A stretch of DNA of 64,000 bases. It comes from a virus. The notes under the pieces are model-generated. The model was not told the origin of the DNA and did no database searches. It saw only the letters and a list, made by a program, of their open reading frames with translations. Where the stretch lies: the IMG/VR virus record IMGVR_UViG_3300027908_000021, positions 1 to 64,000 of that record; one strand, written 5' to 3'. Below are positions 27,516 to 36,348 of the stretch, piece after piece (the first letter of the stretch is position 1; the number at the start of each line of letters is the position of its first letter). Both the position numbers and the translations under genes were made by a program.

Positions 27516-29084
27516 TTAACTAAATTTCTCTAAATTCTCCCTGCCGTCCACTATCGCCGCGAACAAGCTTTCTCCGGCTTCGTGTCCTTTTATCAACTTC
27601 TCATCCACACTGCCTTTTACGTAAAGATCGATCAGCCTGACAGTTTTAGTCTGCCCGATGCGATGCAAACGCTTCCGCTCTTGTTTGTACAATATTATAT
27701 CCGCTGGCCGCTCGAACCAGATTGAGTACGTCGCGACTTGCAGATTCAATCCGTAAGCCCCTGCCGATGACGACACCAGCACTCGTACGCCCGGTTTAGC
27801 TAATCTGTCCGCTACCGATTGCTTGTCGCTACCTTTAGTACCAGAAAACAACGTGATGTGATTGATTTTCGCTTTCTTCAGCGCTTCGACGATCATCGCC
27901 AGCGTCAATCGGTACTCAACCCATACTACAATTTTGGCATCTTTCGGGATTTCGTCCAGCAGTTCTAACAAACCGTCCAATTTAGGCCGATCTTTGAACG
28001 TTATTTGTACTTTATCGTCATTAGCACCCTTCACACTCAAGTAACCGCTGGTTATTTGCCGAAGTCTGTGAAAGCTGGCTTGGCATTCTTGGAAATTACC
28101 CCTTGACTTGCGTATCTCCATTATCAACGCATCGTAGTAAGTAAACGCCTCTTTCGGCATCACTACAGGCCGCATGATTTCAATCAACGGCGGCAGGTCA
28201 GCACACTCGCCGTCATCGTACCTGATACTGTTGTGCCGGAGCATCCTGTTTAAGTGATAACGCTTGGATTCGTCAAATTTGTAGTCGTATGCCGTCCAAT
28301 AATTCGCTTGCTTTTTAAAGAACGCTTCTCGGTACAAGCCTAACGTTGGTCCTAGCGTTTCGCCTTTATCGATTGTGTAAAATAAGCTCCACAGGTCGAT
28401 AGGATCGGAACCTTGCGGAGTACCTGTTAGTGCGTAGGCGTGCTCACAACTCCAGCTAATCGCACGGCACGCTTTCGCCATGAGGGAGGATTTCTTACGT
28501 AGAGTGGAGGCTTCGTCGGCTACGAAGAAATTGAATATAGTTTGGATTTCTTTTAACTTAGACTTATTGAGTACCCATTTCTTTTTATCGTCAACTTCTC
28601 CGTCATCATTTACTATTTCTTCGCTGTCGGACAGGAGACGAATCAACCCCATGTAGGTAATCACAGTTATGTCCGCACTACCACGTATCTGCATCATGCG
28701 GTTGCCGTAACCGTCCGCATCAACACCTTGCACGGATAGATCAGTGTGCTTTTTTACTTCATCGCACCACGCACCTACGTTGCTGGAACCGGGGACCAGT
28801 ACTAAGGCTTTGGGTTTTCGGTTTAGCTGTTTTAGGTAATGGAAGATTGCAAGGGTGATTAAGGTCTTACCCAATCCCATATCTAATAGCAGTAAGTATC
28901 GTTTTCTCAGCAATCCGAGAAGGAAACAAGCTTTTTGATGTGTGCGTAACTGAACATTTAATTTTGGTTTCGGACTAAGGTTTTCAATTTTCTTAGTTAA
29001 CGCGGCATCACTAAAAAGCTTCGTTTTATTGCTGTCACGGAGCGAGCGGGAAAGAAAGTCGGTTATTGCTTTGGGAGAGATCAT
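27516..29084 (-). CDS. SNF2-family helicase (second copy)
   Basis: DMGLGKTLITLA, VADEASTLR, ALTGTPQGS, RLHRIGQTKTV. Start at ATG 29084 (ATGA overlap). Confidence 0.75.
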   Translation of the reverse strand: MISPKAITDFLSRSLRDSNKTKLFSDAALTKKIENLSPKPKLNVQLRTHQKACFLLGLLRKRYLLLLDMGLGKTLITLAIFHYLKQLNRKPKALVLVPGSSNVGAWCDEVKKHTDLSVQGVDADGYGNRMMQIRGSADITVITYMGLIRLLSDSEEIVNDDGEVDDKKKWVLNKSKLKEIQTIFNFFVADEASTLRKKSSLMAKACRAISWSCEHAYALTGTPQGSDPIDLWSLFYTIDKGETLGPTLGLYREAFFKKQANYWTAYDYKFDESKRYHLNRMLRHNSIRYDDGECADLPPLIEIMRPVVMPKEAFTYYDALIMEIRKSRGNFQECQASFHRLRQITSGYLSVKGANDDKVQITFKDRPKLDGLLELLDEIPKDAKIVVWVEYRLTLAMIVEALKKAKINHITLFSGTKGSDKQSVADRLAKPGVRVLVSSSAGAYGLNLQVATYSIWFERPADIILYKQERKRLHRIGQTKTVRLIDLYVKGSVDEKLIKGHEAGESLFAAIVDGRENLEKFS

Positions 29085-29278
29085 TCTGTGTGCTTCAAAT
29101 CCCAAACAAACTGGCCCCAAAACGGTTCCAATTTACTAAAAACCTCATCCGTCATTTCAACCGAACATTCTCCCTCGTAAACCTCCCCGTGTACCACAAC
29201 ACCCAAAGACTCCAGAAAAGCCTTCTCTCCGGCTTCGTCGTCACTGTCGCCCGATATGCCGAGCCAACCGCTGTACAT
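29081..29278 (-). CDS. hypothetical acidic protein
   Basis: 65-aa ORF with a GAAAGGA RBS upstream. Confidence 0.35.
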   Translation of the reverse strand: MYSGWLGISGDSDDEAGEKAFLESLGVVVHGEVYEGECSVEMTDEVFSKLEPFWGQFVWDLKHTE

Positions 29279-29369
29279 CTTTTATCCTTTCGCCAAACCG
29301 CACAGGACGCACGGAGACGCACGATTCGCCTTCCGACCGTACCGGAACAGGGTCTAACGCCTGAAAACG

Positions 29370-29567
29370 TCAGAGAATATCATCCAATGACTGCGGAACC
29401 ATTTCCGTGAACACTTCGTCAAGCCGTGCCGCCAGTTCTTCTTTGGCGGCAATAAGTCGGCTGGGGTTGTCCTTGTACCCCTCCCGCTCCTCGCAATACT
29501 CTTCAATCAACCCGGCAACGATGTAACCGTAAGTTAAGCCCTCCTTCTCAGTTCTCTTCGACATCAC
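29370..29567 (-). CDS. hypothetical protein
   Basis: 65-aa ORF abutting the AAA+ gene stop. Confidence 0.35.
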   Translation of the reverse strand: MMSKRTEKEGLTYGYIVAGLIEEYCEEREGYKDNPSRLIAAKEELAARLDEVFTEMVPQSLDDIL

Positions 29568-31199
29568 TTAACTCCTACTTTCTTCCATGTCCTGAAATCT
29601 CGCGATCCATTTGAACATGCTCAAATCCAACGGCTTGCTCAGCCGTACCGACATTGTTTTAGCTAACCGGCAAAGCTGCTTGACCGTTCGGGGCGATACA
29701 GTCGGAAACTCAGTCAGTAATTGCACCGCCAAGCTGTCGGTTAGTTTAGCCTGACAGAACAATTCAAACATCAACTTCCACACTTTCTTCGCGTCCTCTT
29801 TCTCCGGCACTTTGTAGCGAATGTGAACAACACAACGACTAAGAATCGCGTCATCGACCATGGTAGATCGATTCGTCGTCATAAACAAGACACCCGTGTA
29901 GTATTCCAGCAACCGCAGGAAGACGCCGACTACCGCGTTTTGATTAATATCATCACCGCGAGCACGAATATAAACATCCGCTTCATCCAACAAAAGGATC
30001 GCTCCCCATCGCATCGCACGATTTAGTACGATTCCCAACTCTTTTTCCAGCGATTCGGGATCAAGTCCTAGTTGTGAGCACTGGACGGAATACAGCGGCT
30101 TGTGGGAACGTTCTGAATACGCCTCAGCCGTGATCGTCTTGCCCGTTCCCGGACTACCCGAACTAAGAATAACAACACCCTTCCCCTTGCCCGCAACCAA
30201 ATCATCACCAGAACGATCTGACGTAACTAAAGCATCAATTAGTTCTTTATGGTCGGCGGGAATAACGATCCTATCGAAAATAGTACGGTCGTAAAGATAT
30301 TCCCGTGTGTTGTCAACGTGCGTGACGCAGTAGGTATGAGTACGCATGTCAAAAACACGAACGTAGGGATGCTCCGGCAACAATGTTGCTTCGGCGTGCT
30401 CCTCTTCATCCTCACTTTTAGCACGCTTGATTGAATCTCTTAATACAACCGTGTTTTTATCCTCACCCCACTTTTCGCCGTCGTCCAGTACAGCACGGCC
30501 TACAACCCCATCACGATCAAGCCGCACTCTCTTTACATCCCAATAACGGCCACTATCGCTTTCCGCTTCCGCAAGTCCCCGTACCGTTAGCTGCAAACCT
30601 TCTTTCTGCCTGATTCGTGAATAACGGTTACAGGAGTTTTGGTACTCTTCTACCAACTCAGGCGTCTCAAGTACCCATTCCGCCAGTGGAAACATTCCTT
30701 CGGCTGTAAAATCGTTGCCGTTCATGTTTTCGCGATGAATCGAACGGGTTAAGCTTACTTCCTCTCCTCGACAGATCGCTTTTGCTCCAACGCGAATGTG
30801 AGCCGGAATATAGTAATCAGATCGACTCTCGGCAGGAATAAACTCAATGCTCGTGACTAAGTACGGATCGCAAGTATTGGCCGCAAGATCGTTTTCTTTG
30901 AAAATCCAACGGTGAGGCAGCTTTTGCACCACCGCTCGCATTTCGTCGGCCAGCAGTTCAAGGTTGTGATGAGCCTTGCCGTTGCCAAGTTTACTTAACT
31001 GATTGATCTTGCGAACCAATCGACGGGCGGCAGGCGTATCAAACTTCGCGGCAGCTTCTACCAGCAAAGGTAAGTCCGATTGTTCCAAGTCGGTATGATC
31101 GACTTGGAGACTGCCCCAGTCACGAGATTCTTTCAATACGTGACTAGAGCACTTAGGCTTTACTTTCGTTACGATTCCTTCCGGTATTTCCAGCTTCAT
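29568..31199 (-). CDS. AAA+ ATPase with a ~330-aa N-terminal domain of unknown function
   Basis: C-terminal SGSPGTGKTITA (Walker A) and ILLLDEADVY (Walker B), classic AAA layout. Confidence 0.7.
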   Translation of the reverse strand: MKLEIPEGIVTKVKPKCSSHVLKESRDWGSLQVDHTDLEQSDLPLLVEAAAKFDTPAARRLVRKINQLSKLGNGKAHHNLELLADEMRAVVQKLPHRWIFKENDLAANTCDPYLVTSIEFIPAESRSDYYIPAHIRVGAKAICRGEEVSLTRSIHRENMNGNDFTAEGMFPLAEWVLETPELVEEYQNSCNRYSRIRQKEGLQLTVRGLAEAESDSGRYWDVKRVRLDRDGVVGRAVLDDGEKWGEDKNTVVLRDSIKRAKSEDEEEHAEATLLPEHPYVRVFDMRTHTYCVTHVDNTREYLYDRTIFDRIVIPADHKELIDALVTSDRSGDDLVAGKGKGVVILSSGSPGTGKTITAEAYSERSHKPLYSVQCSQLGLDPESLEKELGIVLNRAMRWGAILLLDEADVYIRARGDDINQNAVVGVFLRLLEYYTGVLFMTTNRSTMVDDAILSRCVVHIRYKVPEKEDAKKVWKLMFELFCQAKLTDSLAVQLLTEFPTVSPRTVKQLCRLAKTMSVRLSKPLDLSMFKWIARFQDMEESRS

Positions 31200-31456
31200 G
31201 GCGTACCTCTCGTTGCGTTCATTAAATCAATTTCCGTCTGTTTTCTCTCAGGTGCCTCAGTTATTAAATCTTCAGCGACATAACCGGGGCTTAGGTTTAA
31301 ATCAAACGGTGCGATCCAAACCTCACCTTTTGAATTATAGTAATCACTTCCGTATCCAACAAGACAAAGTACCTTTTCCGGCAATGCACTGCCCAACCAC
31401 AGCCAAAAGTCTCTGCCAACGTAGACCCTCTGACCGCTTGTGAATTTTCTTGTCAT
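31196..31456 (-). CDS. hypothetical protein
   Basis: 86-aa ORF with 4-nt overlaps on both sides. Confidence 0.4.
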   Translation of the reverse strand: MTRKFTSGQRVYVGRDFWLWLGSALPEKVLCLVGYGSDYYNSKGEVWIAPFDLNLSPGYVAEDLITEAPERKQTEIDLMNATRGTP

Positions 31457-32220
31457 GTTTCCTTTCGTACTACTTCGTTGTCTTCCCTTTTAATCAACTT
31501 CGGACGCTCCATGCCTGATCCAAGGAACTTGATGGATTTTACTTCCGCCAGCGTTGCGTTTACCTTTTCCGGCGAAAGTAAGTCGGTCAGTTTCTTTAGT
31601 AAACTTCCGAAACCTTCTGATATTGCGTCCAGTGCCGTCCGGTTTTCTGGCGTATCGGGCACCAAGGCTCGCATTTCAAAATAATCCTTGCTTCGATGCG
31701 ACCACTTATACTCATCCTGAACCGGTTTTCCAACAGACGGCCAACCTTCGCAAGCCTGAGCGTAATAAGTATGCCCATTATGGTAATTGTTAAAATCGCG
31801 TTGCATCTTTTGCTCGCCAATCTGCCCTAACTGCAACCGCTCATATTCCAAAGTAATGTCGCACTTAGCGTCTTTTCCAATCAAATCCTGTAAGTCGGTA
31901 ATGGGGTCGTCGTCTGGTTCCGGTTTTTTGATTATATTGCCGACATAACCGTTAACTTGAACGTAAAGCCAATCCGTCCATTGGATCGACAACTTAGTAT
32001 CCAGTTCCTTCCATACTTTCTTTTTCAACTCGTTGATGTCCGTATCGTCAACCGAAATACCTAATTCCGTCACATCCACGCGAAAGTAAGTACGTGCTCC
32101 GTCCTGCCTGCTGTTGTAGGCATCGTTTGCCAGTTCGATCAAGTAGACCGACATTTCCAAGGATGCTTTATCCTTTTCGTACTTCCACGTCGCTACTTTC
32201 TTTTCGCCTCTGCGTCCCAT
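31453..32220 (-). CDS. hypothetical protein
   Basis: 255-aa ORF with a promoter and GAAAGGA RBS upstream. Confidence 0.45.
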   Translation of the reverse strand: MGRRGEKKVATWKYEKDKASLEMSVYLIELANDAYNSRQDGARTYFRVDVTELGISVDDTDINELKKKVWKELDTKLSIQWTDWLYVQVNGYVGNIIKKPEPDDDPITDLQDLIGKDAKCDITLEYERLQLGQIGEQKMQRDFNNYHNGHTYYAQACEGWPSVGKPVQDEYKWSHRSKDYFEMRALVPDTPENRTALDAISEGFGSLLKKLTDLLSPEKVNATLAEVKSIKFLGSGMERPKLIKREDNEVVRKET

Positions 32221-32240
32221 TGTTTCCTTTCGTTATCAGT

Positions 32241-32246
32241 ATTATA
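32241..32246 (-). promoter_or_regulatory. -10 TATAAT with a 20-nt leader containing a GAAAGGA RBS
   Basis: Minus strand reads tagTATAATactgataacgaaaggaaacaATG. Confidence 0.4.
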
Positions 32247-33269
32247 CTAAAGTTCTCTCCGGCTTCCCAATAATTTATCCACTTCTATTTCGGCTACCTC
32301 TTTACTAAGCCCTGTGTACTTGACCAAACTCAAAATCTTCTCGTCCCGCTCCGAAAGGTGCTTGCCGTTTCCGTTGATGAGCGGCCTCTTTACTCGCGTA
32401 CCGATCTTACTCTTCAAGTAAGTTACTAAATCGACAAAATTATCAAAATCAACATCGTCCGGATCACCAACGCAGTAATCGTCAAGTTTACTTAAAACTT
32501 CTTCATCTGAATCTAGTTCTTCCAAACGTTCACTACTAGAAAGGTGACGTGCCAACTCGACACTGATCTTACCTGCGGCAGATCGTAGTAAAAGTCTGAC
32601 AAGTAAACGAGCAGCGGTATCAGGATTCTTTTTAAAGATGGATGGTGCTGAGTATACTCCGAACTCTTGAAGGTTGGTTTGTATGAAGCTCCGCACACTG
32701 TTCCATCTTTTATCAAAAACATCAAGCAGCGAAGCCGCAACACCGCCCGCTCCGGAGCGAGCTTTTACAGAGATATTCTTCTTAAGAGAGATATCTACAG
32801 AGTATAGTGGGGCTACGTGGTCCCTAGTTTCGTGTCGTTTGGTCCCTAGTTTCGGTTTCATTTGGTCCCTAGTTTCGTGTCGTTTGGTCCCTAGTTTCTC
32901 CCTCTGTTTTTCTAGGGACTCCGTCGTCCCTAGTTTCTCTGTTTTATCTAACCAGTCAAAGCTCATTGCTCGAATCGTACACCTGTACCGACCGCCCTTA
33001 CTTTCGTCCACAGTTTTGATAAACCCCAACTCTTGTAATCGGTTCAAAGCCTTGTATCCCTTTTTGGACATGCTACTTAATCTGTACCCGGCCCCGTGTA
33101 GAATTTTAGCAATTCCGTATTCAATTTCCATCGTGTAGTTATCGGCCAAGCTAAAGAGACTAAAAAGAATCTTTGTCTCGGCGGTGTTCAGCGAAACTAA
33201 AGCACCTTGCTTAGTTACTGCTGCAAGCCATTGAAAGAGTGGGGGTTGTTTTTTAGTATTATCTAGCAC
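32247..33269 (-). CDS. winged-helix protein, replication-initiator candidate (iterons inside its own gene)
   Basis: The N-terminal ~100 aa look like a wHTH (..GYKALNRLQELGFIKTV..). The central KLGTKRHETRD peptide repeats are encoded by the iteron array. Confidence 0.45.
   Translation of the reverse strand: MLDNTKKQPPLFQWLAAVTKQGALVSLNTAETKILFSLFSLADNYTMEIEYGIAKILHGAGYRLSSMSKKGYKALNRLQELGFIKTVDESKGGRYRCTIRAMSFDWLDKTEKLGTTESLEKQREKLGTKRHETRDQMKPKLGTKRHETRDHVAPLYSVDISLKKNISVKARSGAGGVAASLLDVFDKRWNSVRSFIQTNLQEFGVYSAPSIFKKNPDTAARLLVRLLLRSAAGKISVELARHLSSSERLEELDSDEEVLSKLDDYCVGDPDDVDFDNFVDLVTYLKSKIGTRVKRPLINGNGKHLSERDEKILSLVKYTGLSKEVAEIEVDKLLGSRREL
32819..32937. repeat. iteron-like array: 5 direct copies of G(G)TCCCTAGTTTC plus one inverted core
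   Basis: Copies start at 32819, 32841, 32864, 32886 and 32926 (22-23-bp spacing for the first four). Inverted CTAGGGAC at 32912-32919. Confidence 0.7.
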
Positions 33270-33586
33270 CCTTCTCCCCCAAACACTAAACGACGAATAG
33301 CCGGTTGCTTTACATCACAAACTATTATCGACTCTTGTACTGTTTCGATAATGCCTTTTAGTGTCATTGCATCGACAGCGTCGGCTACTGGCTGTTTCGG
33401 TACGTTTAACTTTTTACTTAATTGACTAATACTGAGTTGACAAATTCCGGTTTCAGAGTCAGCAACGCAATATAAAGCAAGAAGTGATTTTGATTCGAGA
33501 TCGGTCAGAGCCGCCCCTTGGGGAGATACGCAAAATCGAGCGAAGCGTTCTTGCAACGGCGAAGGCTTAGTTTTTGATGTGTTCAT
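33263..33586 (-). CDS. winged-helix DNA-binding protein
   Basis: 107 aa. ..ICQLSISQLSKKLNVPKQPVADAVDAMTLKGIIE.. is an HTH/wHTH pattern, and the N-terminal domain is paralogous in style to the next gene. Confidence 0.4.
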   Translation of the reverse strand: MNTSKTKPSPLQERFARFCVSPQGAALTDLESKSLLALYCVADSETGICQLSISQLSKKLNVPKQPVADAVDAMTLKGIIETVQESIIVCDVKQPAIRRLVFGGEGC

Positions 33587-33754
33587 ACAAAAAGAACGAC
33601 AGCCTATTAAGCCGGGTCCGCTAGGAATTGCCGTAAATCAAGGCTACGGGTTCCCGGTTCAAAGGGCTGTCGTTTAGTTGTCTGACTTTGGATTTACTTT
33701 CCGGTTCCTAGGCCGGTCAGAGCTTCCAACCGAAAAGCTTACTCGAATTATACA
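33587..33754 (-). promoter_or_regulatory. extended -10 promoter (TGTATAAT at 33747-33754) plus a ~150-nt highly structured leader / candidate cis-regulatory RNA
   Basis: Three nested or serial helices, including the 10-bp AACGACAGCC/GGCTGTCGTT (33595-33604 / 33665-33674), ending in CUUUUUGU immediately before ATG 33586. No SD is visible. Confidence 0.35.
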
Positions 33755-33907
33755 CCAGCTTTCAAGAACAAAATAAAAACGGTTGGTGCCACCGAACCTT
33801 GGACCCCGGAAAGCACCAACCGTCGAAAGGTGATGCAAGGTTTGGAACGTCCCTTGCATCTATGGCGTCTATAAGCGATTATACCGCGACTATTGTACAA
33901 TACTGCA

Positions 33908-34177
33908 ATGGTGTACTTGATCTATTTCGATTCTCCGCTTGGACACGCTCGGCATTATTTAGGCTTTTGCGACGATCTTGAGAAAAGAATCACCCGGCAC
34001 AAGAGCGGCAGCGGTGCTAAGATTCTGGCGGAATGCAAGCGGGTCGGCATCGACTAGAAGATTGTAAGAGTTTGGGAGAACGGCACTAAAGCGTTTGAAA
34101 GTAAGGTAAAGAAGGCTCAGCACAACCGCCGTCTTTGCCCGATTTGTACTAAACGGCCAAGAAATCCAGAAATTTAG
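33908..34177 (+). pseudogene. small GIY-YIG (URI/YhbQ-like) nuclease gene with an in-frame TAG at 34055
   Basis: Own translation gives MVYLIYFDSPLGHARHYLGFCDDLEKRITRHKSGSGAKILAECKRVGID*KIVRVWENGTKAFESKVKKAQHNRRLCPIC. GIY / YLG / R..H..G.GAK / E motifs are in order. Confidence 0.5.
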
Positions 34178-34189
34178 TAAATTTTCCCC

Positions 34190-34218
34190 TTGACTTAGCC
34201 GATTTAGTACAGTATAGT
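34190..34218 (+). promoter_or_regulatory. sigma70-type promoter (TTGACT-17-TATAGT), class consensus copy 1
   Basis: aatttagtaaattttccccTTGACTtagccgatttagtacagTATAGTgttctcagtcaaacgaaaggac. Differs from the copy at 42768-42838 at only 2 positions over ~70 nt. Confidence 0.7.
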
Positions 34219-34244
34219 GTTCTCAGTCAAACGAAAGGACGCAG

Positions 34245-34469
34245 TTGGAAAAAGAAATTGAAATACCGTGGTTTGTACGCGGAAACGACGTTTTGGCAAA
34301 TCGAATTGATGCTGCCGTTGAAGGACTTTCGGATGATCAGGTTTTGACTACCGTACAGGTAGACGAGATTATGGGTTTTCGAGACAATGGGGCAAAAACC
34401 GTCCGTTGGTTGCGTCAATTCGCACAACAAAAACGGGAATCTTTTAATAAAGCAGTTTACGGTAAGTAA
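34245..34469 (+). CDS. hypothetical protein (TTG start)
   Basis: 74-aa ORF, first gene behind the consensus promoter, with GAAAGGA 6 nt upstream. Confidence 0.4.
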   Translation: MEKEIEIPWFVRGNDVLANRIDAAVEGLSDDQVLTTVQVDEIMGFRDNGAKTVRWLRQFAQQKRESFNKAVYGK

Positions 34470-34502
34470 AAACAACTCTTTTACAGAAAGGTTTGGTGTC
34501 TC

Positions 34503-35291
34503 ATGGCGACAGGTACGTTCATGGTTCATGCTGGTGGAGAAATCGTGGACAAGGTAGCAGTCAAGCGTGTAACTACGCCAACGGCTACCGAAAGCTGGTG
34601 TCCGATTGCTCACGACCGTTTGATTGATTTGGTACAGGGAGCGATGCAAAACATGGGCATCGCAATTGCCCGCGAGCAGTACGCACTTGCCAAGGACGGC
34701 AATCTTTTCTTCGGCCTGTTTGACTTGAAGGGAGACCAGCCCGACTACGATTTGGTATTCGGTTTGAGAAATTCCCACAACAAGATGTTCCCCGCCGCCT
34801 TGTCTTTAGGTAGCCGCTGTTTTGTGTGCGACAACTTGGCGTTTTCCGGTGAGGTGCAAATTGCCCGCAAGCACACGCGACATATCGAACGCGACTTGCC
34901 TGCATTAGTTGCCAAGGCTACAGCAGCGTTGGTTTCAAGTCGGCAGATCGAGCACACTCGGATTGCTACTTACAAGACGGTCAATTTCGATGACAAGTCC
35001 GCTCACGATTTGATTATCCGAGCGGCACAGATGAATTACTTCCCGGCATCGGATATAATTCCTGTCGTGAATGAATGGCACAAACCGCGACACGAAGAAT
35101 TTGCTCCGCGTACTGGATGGAGCTTGATCAATGCTTTTACTGAAATCGGAAAGTCATGGGGCAAGTCCCTGCCACAGCGTACCCAACGCCTGTACGGATT
35201 GTTCGATGCGGCGTGCGGCGTTACGTCGAAACTGACCGCACTTAGGCAGGAAAACAACGCGGATACTGAAATTACTGTCAACGTCAACTAA
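34503..35291 (+). CDS. DUF932-family protein
   Basis: LRNSHNKMFPAALSLGSRCFVCDNLAFSGE..ARKHT matches the conserved DUF932 core (NSHD..G..vFVCdNlaF..KHT). Confidence 0.6.
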   Translation: MATGTFMVHAGGEIVDKVAVKRVTTPTATESWCPIAHDRLIDLVQGAMQNMGIAIAREQYALAKDGNLFFGLFDLKGDQPDYDLVFGLRNSHNKMFPAALSLGSRCFVCDNLAFSGEVQIARKHTRHIERDLPALVAKATAALVSSRQIEHTRIATYKTVNFDDKSAHDLIIRAAQMNYFPASDIIPVVNEWHKPRHEEFAPRTGWSLINAFTEIGKSWGKSLPQRTQRLYGLFDAACGVTSKLTALRQENNADTEITVNVN

Positions 35292-35310
35292 CAAAAGGGA
35301 AAGGTGACTA

Positions 35311-35535
35311 ATGGAACAGGTGACTAACAGTTACGGCGGCATGGATTTGTTTGAAAACACCGAAATCAAAGTATTTTCAAACAGTTCTAGCGAGGTATTT
35401 GTCAAAAACAAGCGTAACAACGTTTCGCTTCGCTTGTCAGACACGCGAGAAGGCTTCAACATTTCTTGCGAAAACGCGTGGCTTATCCCGTCCGCTCAAA
35501 ACACCATCGCAACGGTATTAAAACACCGAAGCTAG
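35311..35535 (+). CDS. hypothetical protein
   Basis: 74-aa ORF with a GGGAAAGG RBS. Confidence 0.4.
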   Translation: MEQVTNSYGGMDLFENTEIKVFSNSSSEVFVKNKRNNVSLRLSDTREGFNISCENAWLIPSAQNTIATVLKHRS

Positions 35536-35608
35536 CCCGCAATGCGTGAAAGTCTCTGCCGCTCGCAACGGCAGGGCGGGTTTAGGTAACTCTAATGAAA
35601 GGTTTGGT

Positions 35609-35851
35609 ATGATGATGCGGATGGAAATGTTTCAAACTGTTGCGATGGAATGTGCTTGCTGCCGCCGATTGATTTTTGATGAAAACAATGATCCGGTTGT
35701 CACTAAGCTGTTTGGAGCGGCAAAGTATGCCGTTTGTCCGATTTGTTATCAAGAAGTCGGAGAAGAGTTGATGAAAGATGTGAACTATCGTGCGAGATGG
35801 CGTCGTCGTGTAGCTAAAATTCAGATGGAACTGAATCAACGCGATGAGTAG
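35609..35851 (+). CDS. small Cys4 hypothetical protein
   Basis: Start moved to ATG 35609 (GAAAGGTTTGGT upstream). CACC..CPIC pattern. Confidence 0.4.
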   Translation: MMMRMEMFQTVAMECACCRRLIFDENNDPVVTKLFGAAKYAVCPICYQEVGEELMKDVNYRARWRRRVAKIQMELNQRDE

Positions 35852-35862
35852 AAAGGCTTCTC

Positions 35863-36249
35863 ATGCTCAACGACGAAATACTAAACCTCACAGAACTTTC
35901 CGACAACGCCTTGTGCTGGTGGGACGATGCTTTGAGCGTAGCAGGTATGCTTTTTGACGATGAAGTAAAGTTACGTTATGAAATCGTCAGGCACATGACC
36001 TGCGAGCAACAAAATGAACTAAGTGATGCGATTGATGATGAAACGCAACGCCGGGCCGACGCTAAACGAAACGCCTTAGTTGCTCACACTATCGAACAGG
36101 GTGAGGCTAAGATTGACGACGGCAAAGACATATCAAATCTTCAATTGATGAAGTACCGAGCCGCTCGTTTAGTCAAGATGATCGAACTAAACGCACCGGA
36201 ACCGATTATCGAACACTCGTTTAATCTTTTGGTGAAGATGAAAGTGTAA
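35863..36249 (+). CDS. hypothetical protein
   Basis: 128-aa ORF with an AGAAAGG RBS, last gene of the plus-strand operon. Confidence 0.4.
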   Translation: MLNDEILNLTELSDNALCWWDDALSVAGMLFDDEVKLRYEIVRHMTCEQQNELSDAIDDETQRRADAKRNALVAHTIEQGEAKIDDGKDISNLQLMKYRAARLVKMIELNAPEPIIEHSFNLLVKMKV

Positions 36250-36348
36250 GGGGGCAGGTTCTTCTGGTTGCCAACCCTCACCATTCGCATTCTGCCGCAC
36301 GATCCCACATTAAACCGTCCCTAAACACCCCGGACGTTCAAAAGTCTC

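Noticed and set aside
34055-34057. TAG reassignment / alternative genetic code suggested by the in-frame amber in the GIY-YIG gene
   Set aside because: All large genes give uninterrupted, motif-complete ORFs under the standard code. Several genes terminate at TAG with proper spacing to the next gene (for example 32247 and 63619). It is an isolated nonsense codon.
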